DNA from: an uncultured Candidatus Saccharibacteria bacterium
GTDB lineage: Bacteria; Patescibacteriota; Saccharimonadia; Saccharimonadales; 2-12-FULL-41-12
Length of the DNA stretch: 64,000 bases
NCBI GenBank assembly: GCA_964648105.1
Contig: CAZYMH010000003.1
Location: 91,172-155,171 of the forward strand
Direction: 5' to 3'
Below are positions 1 through 7,767 of this stretch, in pieces (the first letter of the stretch is position 1; the number at the start of each line of letters is the position of its first letter). The notes under the pieces are model-generated. The model was not told the DNA's origin. It was given only the letters and a program-made list of their open reading frames with translations, and ran no database searches. Position numbers and translations under genes: made by a program.

Positions 1-297
1 CGGGTCGCCAGCAGATTTTACTAAACCAGATTTTATGCCATCTTTTATTTTATCGGTTTCGATTTTGCCATCATAGCTATCCTTTAACCTTGAGTAAACT
101 TCGTCTACCCCGCTGTAGTCTAGTTTTTCCGAAGCATTATTTTGGACTGGTTTATGGAAAACTGCTTCTGGACCAAATTTAATCTTATCAGAACCAAGAC
201 CATAACCTAACCCAAAAATAATTACCAATATAACAACATTTAGTAAACTACGAATTTTACTTTTTTTAACTCCTGTATCATCTGTCTTCGAACCCAA
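1..297 (-). CDS. C-terminal processing peptidase (S41/Ctp-like), N-terminal fragment running off the window edge
   Basis: Absent from the ORF track because there is no stop inside the window. Manual minus-strand translation from TTG (297-295) gives LGSKTDDTGVKKSKIRSLLNVVILVIIFGLGYGLG (membrane anchor), then LDYSGVDEVYSRLKDSYDGKIETDKIKDGIKSGLVKSAGDP. This resembles the conserved N-terminal region of Ctp peptidases (Y..kl.dGaikGm..slgDP). A GGGAG SD lies at 304-308, 6 nt upstream. Confidence 0.45.
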   Translation of the reverse strand, partial: MGSKTDDTGVKKSKIRSLLNVVILVIIFGLGYGLGSDKIKFGPEAVFHKPVQNNASEKLDYSGVDEVYSRLKDSYDGKIETDKIKDGIKSGLVKSAGDP

Positions 298-364
298 AAC
301 ATTCTCCCAAATTATAGTTTTATAGGAATAAATTATAGCTTAGTTTTTATGTTTAGACTAATTT

Positions 365-1519
365 TTAGAAGTGTATAAAGTCAAGTCGCGAAACTTCACC
401 TGCTCCAACATGCATTCGACTAAATTGACCATGTATGAAATTATATTGACTAACTTCTATTGACCCATCGCCATTGACCACTTCTACGTAGGCTACATGT
501 CCCAACCAGCCAAGTCCATCATTTGATCCCCAAATTGCTGCTGAACCAACTGTTGGCGTGCTATCAACAGGTATATTTGCTCGTCGTGCATTACCTGGCC
601 ACTCATAAGCATTTCCAACTCCGCCCCAGTAAGGCATAAATCGACCGCTACTGGCTACTCGCCAAGCTACATAACTTACACATTCACGATTATACATACC
701 CCAATCATCTAAGATAGTATCTTGCGGGGCATTTGCCCAAACTGATGGATATCCACCGTTACCTGCCTCACCTACTCCGTACGATGAACCACGATTTTTG
801 GCCAAATATGCAGCGTAAGCAGCTGCTTGCTCGGCTCGTAAACGGCTCATTTGACTATTGTTAGCTTGAATTTGTGTCTCAAGTTGATTTTGCTGACTTT
901 GGTTAAGAGACAACACTCGGTCTTTTTCGGATTTTTGGGCGGTTAATTGCGAACGCAAACTTTCTTGCTCGGCTAATGACTTTTCAACTAGTTCTTTTTT
1001 GGTGTTGAGTTCGAGTTTGAGCTGGGTAACTTTATCAAGAGTGTTTTTGATTTTAGTTTTTACGCTGTCTTGATACTGGGTTTTATCAAAAAATTCACTT
1101 AAATCTTTACTGCTAGCTAACATTTCGACTGTCGATACATCGCCCGACACATACATCGCTTTAATTGAGGCTCCCAGAAGTTTCTTTTGTGTGGCTAGTT
1201 CGATCTCAGTTTCGTTAATTTGAACTTTTAGTTTAGCAATATCGTCATTTAGTTGATTGATTCGGCCTTGAGTAGAGTCAATTTGAGCCTGCAACTTATT
1301 GATAGCATCAGATAACGAGTTTGCTTCGACGCTCAAAACACCTTGAGATTGCCGAAATTGGCTATTTTGATCATTAAGTGCATTGATTTGATCTTGATAT
1401 TGATCGGCCCTAACTGCGATCGATGAAAAACTTGAAAAACTAATTGCCCCAACTACCATTAAAATAGCGAGGGCTTTAAGAGGGACTTTTACAGAATTTA
1501 TTGTATTAATTTTTTTCAT
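365..1519 (-). CDS. Secreted coiled-coil + C-terminal CHAP-domain peptidoglycan hydrolase (PcsB-like)
   Basis: Signal peptide MKKINTINSVKVPLKALAILMVVGAISFSSFSSIAVRA starts at internal Met41 of the 424-aa ORF. About 230 aa of heptad-rich Q/L/K/E sequence follow. The C-terminus has a CHAP signature (catalytic Cys in NRECVSYVAWR, His in LGHVAYVE). It lies directly downstream of ftsEX. The alternative start at 1639 sits 10 nt after a TATAAT. Confidence 0.8.
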   Translation of the reverse strand: MKKINTINSVKVPLKALAILMVVGAISFSSFSSIAVRADQYQDQINALNDQNSQFRQSQGVLSVEANSLSDAINKLQAQIDSTQGRINQLNDDIAKLKVQINETEIELATQKKLLGASIKAMYVSGDVSTVEMLASSKDLSEFFDKTQYQDSVKTKIKNTLDKVTQLKLELNTKKELVEKSLAEQESLRSQLTAQKSEKDRVLSLNQSQQNQLETQIQANNSQMSRLRAEQAAAYAAYLAKNRGSSYGVGEAGNGGYPSVWANAPQDTILDDWGMYNRECVSYVAWRVASSGRFMPYWGGVGNAYEWPGNARRANIPVDSTPTVGSAAIWGSNDGLGWLGHVAYVEVVNGDGSIEVSQYNFIHGQFSRMHVGAGEVSRLDFIHF

Positions 1520-1684
1520 TTTGTTTTTGAAGTTTTTATTTTTTACTTCTGTAGCTTCATCATAGCACATAATAGGATTAAATTCAACCCCTCTTATGCT
1601 TTGACTTGGTAAAAATTTATATAAAAATTTAAAAACCATACAAACGACTATTATAATAGTTTTTGTCTGAGTAAACGCTGTGAA

Positions 1685-2656
1685 TTACAACCTGTGTTTG
1701 CGTTTTGGATGATAGCGAAGATACTTCTTAGTCGCGATGTATGACGAAATTGCTCCGATCATCATGCCTGCAATAATTTGCAATCCAATAAACTTCCAAA
1801 TATTATCAGAAAAATATTTGCTAGCATATTTAACATCTAGTAGCCCTAGACTACTGGCATCGAATGCTTGTGATTGAATAACAAATAAACTATTACAAAT
1901 TAACAGAGACAAGATTGCCGAAACAACTCCGTAAATCATCGTTTCGACAATAAATGGACCCTTAATAAAGCTAGTACTTGCACCTAGCAGTCGCATAATT
2001 TGTAATTCATCTCGGCGATTGAAAATAGCCATCTGAATCGTGTTAAAAATAATCAGTACTGAAATAACTGCAAAGACAATCACACTAACAAAAACTGCTT
2101 GTTTGAAAAAGTTTGTGGCTTTGGTGATGCGATCGATTGCGTCTTTACGATCACCCGAATAAGATGTCTCGTTAGATTGCAGAGCTTTAACGTCTTTTGA
2201 CTCTAGCAAATCTTTAATGCCACCCAAGTTTATGGGGTCGATTGGCTTAATTTTGATTGTCGCAGGCAAAGGATTATCAGTCTGCGAAATCGCTAATAAT
2301 AACTCTAAATTGTCTTGGTTATCTTTGCGATATTGATCGAGAGCCTGTTGTTTAGATATATATTCGACCGATTTAACGTTGCCTTGGTTTTTTAGATCAT
2401 TAATTAGTTTGTCGGTTTGCTGTTGGTTGACATTATCTTTTAAATAAACCGAGACTATAATTTTGTCGTTGATTTGTTGAATTGTGTTATTAAATGTGGC
2501 GTTAGCAATTAGTGAAAATAAAATAATTGTTAATGTAACCGTCATTACAGCCGTGGCGGCAATCGTTAGGCTAATATTGCGGAAAAAATTAACAAATCCG
2601 CTTTTTATTATTCTTTCAAAGGTAACTAACTTACGATTATATTTCGATGAACTCAT
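1685..2656 (-). CDS. ftsX: Cell division permease FtsX
   Basis: Four-TM topology with a large extracytoplasmic loop after TM1. The FtsX-like C-terminal TM bundle includes RRDELQIMRLLGAS. It is 3 nt downstream of ftsE. Confidence 0.9.
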   Translation of the reverse strand: MSSSKYNRKLVTFERIIKSGFVNFFRNISLTIAATAVMTVTLTIILFSLIANATFNNTIQQINDKIIVSVYLKDNVNQQQTDKLINDLKNQGNVKSVEYISKQQALDQYRKDNQDNLELLLAISQTDNPLPATIKIKPIDPINLGGIKDLLESKDVKALQSNETSYSGDRKDAIDRITKATNFFKQAVFVSVIVFAVISVLIIFNTIQMAIFNRRDELQIMRLLGASTSFIKGPFIVETMIYGVVSAILSLLICNSLFVIQSQAFDASSLGLLDVKYASKYFSDNIWKFIGLQIIAGMMIGAISSYIATKKYLRYHPKRKHRL

Positions 2657-2659
2657 AGA

Positions 2660-3343
2660 TTATAAATTATATGTCCCAATTGCTTTATCACTTACAACTT
2701 TACCACCCTGAATTGTCACAACCCGCCGCTTGAGTTGGTTAACAATCTCTTGGTTATGAGTCGTAAGCAATACAGTTGTGCCATATTTGTTAATCTTTTC
2801 TAGAACTCTTATTACATCCCAGGCGTGTTTAGGGTCAAGATTGCCGGTAGGCTCATCAGCAATCAAAATTTTAGGCTGACGAACAATCGCCCTAGCTATG
2901 GCCACCCTCTGTCGTTCGCCACCCGATAGTTCCCTAGGATAGCTTTTTTCTTTACCCTTAAGCCCTACTATGCTCAAAACTTTTGGTACAGTGTATTTGA
3001 TTTCTCGCTTACCTACACCAACTACTTCCAGGGCGAAAGCAACGTTCTCAAAGACTGTCTTGTTAGGCAAAAGTTTAAAATCTTGAAAAACTACGCCAAT
3101 TCGTCGCCGCAATTTAGGAATTTGACGATCTTTAAGGCGTTCATAATCTATACCACCAACCACAATCTTACCACTACTTGGTTTCTCTTCCCTGGTAAGA
3201 AGCTTAAGTAAAGTCGACTTACCTGCACCACTTTGCCCAACCACAATTACAAACTCCTTCGGTTCGATATGTATGGTTATGCGATCCAAGGCTACACCTG
3301 CTTTTTTGCTGTATGTCTTACTTACCCTATCCAATAAAATCAT
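2660..3343 (-). CDS. ftsE: Cell division ATP-binding protein FtsE
   Basis: Walker A GQSGAGKST, ABC signature LSGGERQR, Walker B ILIADEPT. The 227-aa length is typical of FtsE. Confidence 0.93.
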   Translation of the reverse strand: MILLDRVSKTYSKKAGVALDRITIHIEPKEFVIVVGQSGAGKSTLLKLLTREEKPSSGKIVVGGIDYERLKDRQIPKLRRRIGVVFQDFKLLPNKTVFENVAFALEVVGVGKREIKYTVPKVLSIVGLKGKEKSYPRELSGGERQRVAIARAIVRQPKILIADEPTGNLDPKHAWDVIRVLEKINKYGTTVLLTTHNQEIVNQLKRRVVTIQGGKVVSDKAIGTYNL

Positions 3344-3366
3344 AATACAATAACCATTATAGCAAA

Positions 3367-4059
3367 CTAATTGAGAGAGGCCTTAACAATTATACGGTCA
3401 GCATAGGTTTGACTAGCTCTGTCAAACGTTCCGCCACAAGTTATAATATTTAACTGAGATTTTATAGTCGGATCTTTTTCAAACAGTTTTGCCGATGCCT
3501 TGTCTTCTGGTACTTGAGTGACTGATTTGACGCTAAAGGTTTTGATAGAATGATCACCCATTTCTATCTCAATTGTGTCTCCAACTCTAAGCTTTTTAAG
3601 ATTTTTGAAAACCCCGTCAGAGTACTTTCCAGAAACATGACCATCGATAATACTTAGGCCAACAGAACCAACCGCTTCGGATTGGTTATACCAACCAGCT
3701 ACATTAATATTTGTTGGCACGTCAACTTGTTCATTCTTAAGACCAACCTGCTGAATAAAACCTTGAATCAGATTATTTTTGGCTGTAATTTTGCGTGGTT
3801 TATCGGCTGCAACCTTATAGTTTGAGTTTATATCAATCTTAGTCTCATCTGGTCCATCAGTTAATGGTGCATTGGTATAAACAGTTGGATGTGTGGTAGA
3901 TTTAACGGTTGGATTATTAGCTGCCTCCGTCTTTTTTGGATGCATCGGATAAAGTGAAAAAAATGAGATAATGATTAAACTCGCACCTAAAAGCACACTA
4001 GTATTTAGACTAATCTTCTTTTTTATCTTAGTTGTTTTTTTATCATATTTATATTTCAT
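3367..4059 (-). CDS. Sortase (class F-like), membrane anchored
   Basis: N-terminal TM. Catalytic His in IIDGHVSG, catalytic Cys in LNIITCGG (the TLxTC-type motif), and a conserved Arg in ADRIIV. Confidence 0.8.
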   Translation of the reverse strand: MKYKYDKKTTKIKKKISLNTSVLLGASLIIISFFSLYPMHPKKTEAANNPTVKSTTHPTVYTNAPLTDGPDETKIDINSNYKVAADKPRKITAKNNLIQGFIQQVGLKNEQVDVPTNINVAGWYNQSEAVGSVGLSIIDGHVSGKYSDGVFKNLKKLRVGDTIEIEMGDHSIKTFSVKSVTQVPEDKASAKLFEKDPTIKSQLNIITCGGTFDRASQTYADRIIVKASLN

Positions 4060-4160
4060 TTTTGTAGTGGTTTTTTTCTTTTTCGTGTTTTTTGAAAAAG
4101 TTTTTTAGAACTTAAGCTAAGCTTAAGCAATTTTTTTATTTAATTTTTAAAGTTATTTTA

Positions 4161-5297
4161 TTATTTTGATCGATTAAATACGTATTTTTGCTTAAGTCTA
4201 CTAGAGATTAAGTAAAATGACGTACCTACTAATATCAAACTACCGGCGGCTATGCCTATAAATGCTAGTCTAGAGTCTTTGGCACCATAGCCAGTATTTG
4301 GAGCAGCTGGATTTGTAGTAGCTGCAGGTGTGGCTGGAGTATTACAATCAGTAGTTTTAGCACCGCCCATAATCGTACCTTCATCATCGATCCCAGCAGA
4401 ATTGGTCAGCCGCTGCACATTTGTACCATCGATATTCATACTATAAAGCTCAATATTCCCTGGGCCATCGTCACCATAAGTAATCTTGCTGCCATCAAAT
4501 GAAATATTTGGATATGTTTGCTGAGAGGCAGTGGTTGCTAGACGAGTTTTATTAGTGCCGTCAATATTCATAATATATAAGTTATATACTCCGCCGCCAA
4601 CATCTTGGGTGTAAACAATTTTTGTGCCCTCTGGGTTAACTGATGGGTGCCGTTGTTCGTCAGAATCGCTAGTAAGTCGCTGCACATTTGTGCCGTCAAT
4701 ATTCATACTATAAATATCGACAGGACCATCACGATCAGATGTAAAAATCACCTTACTGCCATCAGCAGTAATAGTTGGGTACGTTTCACTGGCTGCATTA
4801 TTAGAAATATTTGTCGATCCGCTGCCATCACCATTTACAACAAAAATTTCTGGATTTCCAGATACATTTGCCATATAAACTACTTTTGCACCATTTTCAC
4901 TAACTGCAGGAAAATCGTCGTAAGAAGCGTTACTAGTTAGTCGAACAAGACCATTACCATCAATATTTACCATATATATTTCGCTATTTCCATCACGCAT
5001 TGAACCAAAAACTACCTTACCACCATCAAACGATACATGACCATAGGCATCTTGATTACCGGTACTTTTAGATAAATTTACATCATTTGAAATAGTCCCC
5101 GTCGTTCTGTCGTAATCAGCACTATAAATTTCATAATCACCTGATTTTCTGGACTTATAGACTATTTTATTATTAACACCAGGGCAATACACATAAGCAC
5201 TCGCCATGCTACTTTGAGCCAAAAAAATAACAGCTGATAAAACAGCAAAAACTATCAAGCTTAGCTTTTTGATATTTAAATTATGAACGATTTCCAT
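4161..5297 (-). CDS. Secreted PD40/TolB-like beta-propeller protein with a C-terminal cell-wall sorting signal
   Basis: Signal peptide. Repeated PD40-type blades (SEIYMVNIDGNGLVRLT, VDIYSMNIDGTNVQRLT, YNLYIMNIDGTNKTRLA, IELYSMNIDGTNVQRLT). A Pro/Thr/Ala linker, then PNTG (4290-4301), a hydrophobic span and an RLKQK basic tail. Confidence 0.8.
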   Translation of the reverse strand: MEIVHNLNIKKLSLIVFAVLSAVIFLAQSSMASAYVYCPGVNNKIVYKSRKSGDYEIYSADYDRTTGTISNDVNLSKSTGNQDAYGHVSFDGGKVVFGSMRDGNSEIYMVNIDGNGLVRLTSNASYDDFPAVSENGAKVVYMANVSGNPEIFVVNGDGSGSTNISNNAASETYPTITADGSKVIFTSDRDGPVDIYSMNIDGTNVQRLTSDSDEQRHPSVNPEGTKIVYTQDVGGGVYNLYIMNIDGTNKTRLATTASQQTYPNISFDGSKITYGDDGPGNIELYSMNIDGTNVQRLTNSAGIDDEGTIMGGAKTTDCNTPATPAATTNPAAPNTGYGAKDSRLAFIGIAAGSLILVGTSFYLISSRLKQKYVFNRSK

Positions 5298-5378
5298 ATC
5301 ATTTTCCTTTTTATTTAATTTTTAAAGTTATTTTATATACTTAACGATTATAATGCTTACGCTTATTCTTTGCAAACT

Positions 5379-6458
5379 TTAGGCAAAATTATCAAGATAG
5401 GCGTCGATAAATTCATCTATTTCACCATTTAAAACTTTTTCAGTCTGCGAAGTTTCGTGATTGGTCCTTAAATCTTTGACCATATTATATGGGTGAAGCA
5501 CATAATTTCGTATTTGGTTACCCCACGCAGCTTGCTCATTAGGACCCTTAATGTTAGAAATTGTATCTTGGTGCTGCTCTAGTTGTAGTTGTGCAAGTTT
5601 TGAGCGAAGAATATTCATAGCAGTCTCTTTATTTTGAAGTTGTGAGCGTTCATTTTGGATACTGACCACAATATTTGTTGGCAGATGCGTAACTCTAACT
5701 GCCGAATCAGTTGTATTTACACTCTGACCTCCCTTGCCACCAGAACGAAAAACATCGACTCTTAAATCTGCTTCATTAATCTCAACCTGATCAGGTGCTT
5801 CAATACTAGGCATAACATCAACTTTGGCGAAACTAGTTTGACGTTTAGCGTCAGCATTAAACGGACTCAAGCGAACCAACCGATGAACACCGTGTTCGGA
5901 TTTGAGTTTACCAAAAGCGTGTGGACCAAACAGCTTAATATCAACACTTTTGATACCAGCCTCATCGCCATTAGAAATACTTATCACTTCTGTTTTAAGA
6001 TTATTATTTTCTGCCCACCTTAAATACATTCGCATTAGCATTTCCGCCCAATCTTGAGCATCGGTCCCGCCAGCTCCGGCGTAAATGGATACAATTGCAT
6101 CATAACTATCATACTGACCGCTAAATTTTAAAACTTTTTTGCTGCTCTCTAGTTGTTTAGTTAGGTTCATAAGCTGGTTTCTTATTTCAACTTCTAACGA
6201 AGAGTCCTCCAGCTCAATTATCTCAATCAGATCTTTCAACTTTTTTTGTATTTCTAGCCAAGGTGATATTTCATCACTTAACTTAGACTGAAGCTTCATG
6301 TGCTGCGAAGCATTTATTGAATTTTGCCAAAAATCTTCGCTAAAAGATTTTTTTTCAAGCTCTTTTAGCTCTACTAACTTTTTATCAATTTCTAACTTTT
6401 TAAACACAGCCAGAAGATCGCTATAAATAACATTGGCTTGTTTCTTTAAGTCCTGCAT
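5379..6458 (-). CDS. prfB: Peptide chain release factor 2
   Basis: SPF tripeptide (RLSPFNA) and GGQ (SGGKGGQSVNTTDSAVRVTHLPT). It is a single uninterrupted ORF. Confidence 0.95.
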   Translation of the reverse strand: MQDLKKQANVIYSDLLAVFKKLEIDKKLVELKELEKKSFSEDFWQNSINASQHMKLQSKLSDEISPWLEIQKKLKDLIEIIELEDSSLEVEIRNQLMNLTKQLESSKKVLKFSGQYDSYDAIVSIYAGAGGTDAQDWAEMLMRMYLRWAENNNLKTEVISISNGDEAGIKSVDIKLFGPHAFGKLKSEHGVHRLVRLSPFNADAKRQTSFAKVDVMPSIEAPDQVEINEADLRVDVFRSGGKGGQSVNTTDSAVRVTHLPTNIVVSIQNERSQLQNKETAMNILRSKLAQLQLEQHQDTISNIKGPNEQAAWGNQIRNYVLHPYNMVKDLRTNHETSQTEKVLNGEIDEFIDAYLDNFA

Positions 6459-6477
6459 AGCTTGAATTATAGCTTAT

Positions 6478-7761
6478 TTACCATAAAGTATTGAGCTTGG
6501 TGACTAGCTCTTCGACTTCGCCTGGTTTTGGATTACCCAAGACTCCTAGACCCCAAACTTTATCGCCGAATAGCCTAACTGCACCCTCTGTAATCTGAGT
6601 TTTGGTCACCGATTTAGTCCAATTAGGCAAAATGCTATAGTCGATAAATCTATCATCGAAAAAGTACTGAGATGAATAATAATTAGCCAACGAACCAACT
6701 GTCTGATAGCCACGCTGGTAGCCACCTAAGCGACGTTGTTTAGCAGCATCAATCTCTTCTTTAGTTAGCTTGCCATCAAAAATTTCCTGTAACTGAGAGG
6801 TCATGATATCAAATAAAACCGGTGCGTTATCGGGCCGAACTTGGGCCCCAAACCACCAGTTAGTTGTCGCTTGGTCATAGCCAATCCCAGAACTCATATG
6901 GTAAACTAGGCCTTTCTCTCTGGCCGTACCCAAAATACGCGAGTATAGAGTTTCGGTTAACATACCATTAAGCAATCCCATAGCAGCCAATTCTTCATCA
7001 CTCATACGTTCTTTCAAAAATGTATCAAAATAAAAATAATAATTGTCGACTGTTTTATTGCGAATAATTAGTGGGTTATCTAGAGTCTTTGGCACTTCTA
7101 GGGGCAGGGCTTTACGGCCACGTCCTTTTGGTAATTTTATATCTTCAAGCTGGCTCTTTATTTTTATGCGTCGGCTTTGTGGCATTTTGCCAGCAACAAC
7201 AAACCGCATATTGCTAGAGGTATGTGTGTTTTTATAGTGATCTTTGATGTCATCAAGCGTAACATTTGCCATCAACTTCAAACGTTCTTGATCTGTTACA
7301 CTAATAAAACCATACTTTTCCCTCAAGGCAATACTAAGATGCCGAAAATGATTATTAGATCTAGCTGTTAGCTCCTCGCGAACGTTACCCACTTCTGCCT
7401 TAAACTCAGACTCCAAGAATAATGGCTCAGTTATCGCAGTAATCAGCAGGTCTAAAATCCTATTCCATTCAAAGTCGGCACACTCTGCTTCATAGATAAT
7501 ATCGTGGATTCCAGTGCTGGCATTGCAGTAAGCTCCGTTCTTTTCAAACTCTGCCTGAAATTCACGTGATTTCGGGATTTGTTTGTTGGCTCCGAGTAGC
7601 AGATGCTCCATTATATGCGGAGCTTCCCAAATATTACGCTCGACTAAATACTCACCTGCCCTAAAATTAAACTCTAATGACATTACAGTGGCATCAGGCA
7701 TGTCAATAAATAGCCCTTTTGCTCCATTTTCTAACGTAATTTCATATACGTAATGCTTCAT
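6478..7761 (-). CDS. M16-family (pitrilysin/insulinase-like) zinc peptidase
   Basis: Inverted zinc motif HxxEH (HIMEH) near the N-terminus. The roughly 430-aa two-lobe length fits the family. Confidence 0.8.
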   Translation of the reverse strand: MKHYVYEITLENGAKGLFIDMPDATVMSLEFNFRAGEYLVERNIWEAPHIMEHLLLGANKQIPKSREFQAEFEKNGAYCNASTGIHDIIYEAECADFEWNRILDLLITAITEPLFLESEFKAEVGNVREELTARSNNHFRHLSIALREKYGFISVTDQERLKLMANVTLDDIKDHYKNTHTSSNMRFVVAGKMPQSRRIKIKSQLEDIKLPKGRGRKALPLEVPKTLDNPLIIRNKTVDNYYFYFDTFLKERMSDEELAAMGLLNGMLTETLYSRILGTAREKGLVYHMSSGIGYDQATTNWWFGAQVRPDNAPVLFDIMTSQLQEIFDGKLTKEEIDAAKQRRLGGYQRGYQTVGSLANYYSSQYFFDDRFIDYSILPNWTKSVTKTQITEGAVRLFGDKVWGLGVLGNPKPGEVEELVTKLNTLW

Positions 7762-7767
7762 GTAGTC

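Noticed and set aside
1520-1639. N-terminal extensions in the ORF track (365-1639, 15076-16137, 25414-26502, 29441-31168, 35110-46722, 56820-57131)
   Set aside because: Internal ATG starts fit better. The reasons are a signal peptide beginning at the internal Met (1519), an SD overlapping the upstream TTG (16137), a -35 box coinciding with the TTG (25414), and SDs before ATG 57104 and ATG 46698. The longer versions remain possible, and 1639 and 31168 in particular cannot be excluded.
5379-6458. Looked for the programmed +1 frameshift site (in-frame UGA after about 25 codons with an upstream SD-like element) typical of many bacterial prfB genes
   Set aside because: The ORF is continuous from the Met at 6458 through the SPF and GGQ motifs, with a full-length N-terminus, so there is no frameshift. 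RF1, RF2 and PrmC are all present and long ORFs are free of in-frame TGA, so there is no sign of stop-codon reassignment either.
7555-7575. A parS-like sequence (ATTCACGTGATTTC), from a general search for TGTTTCACGTGAAACA near parAB
   Set aside because: Only the central CACGTG and a few flanking bases match. I spotted no convincing parS in the window, but this was a by-eye search and not exhaustive.
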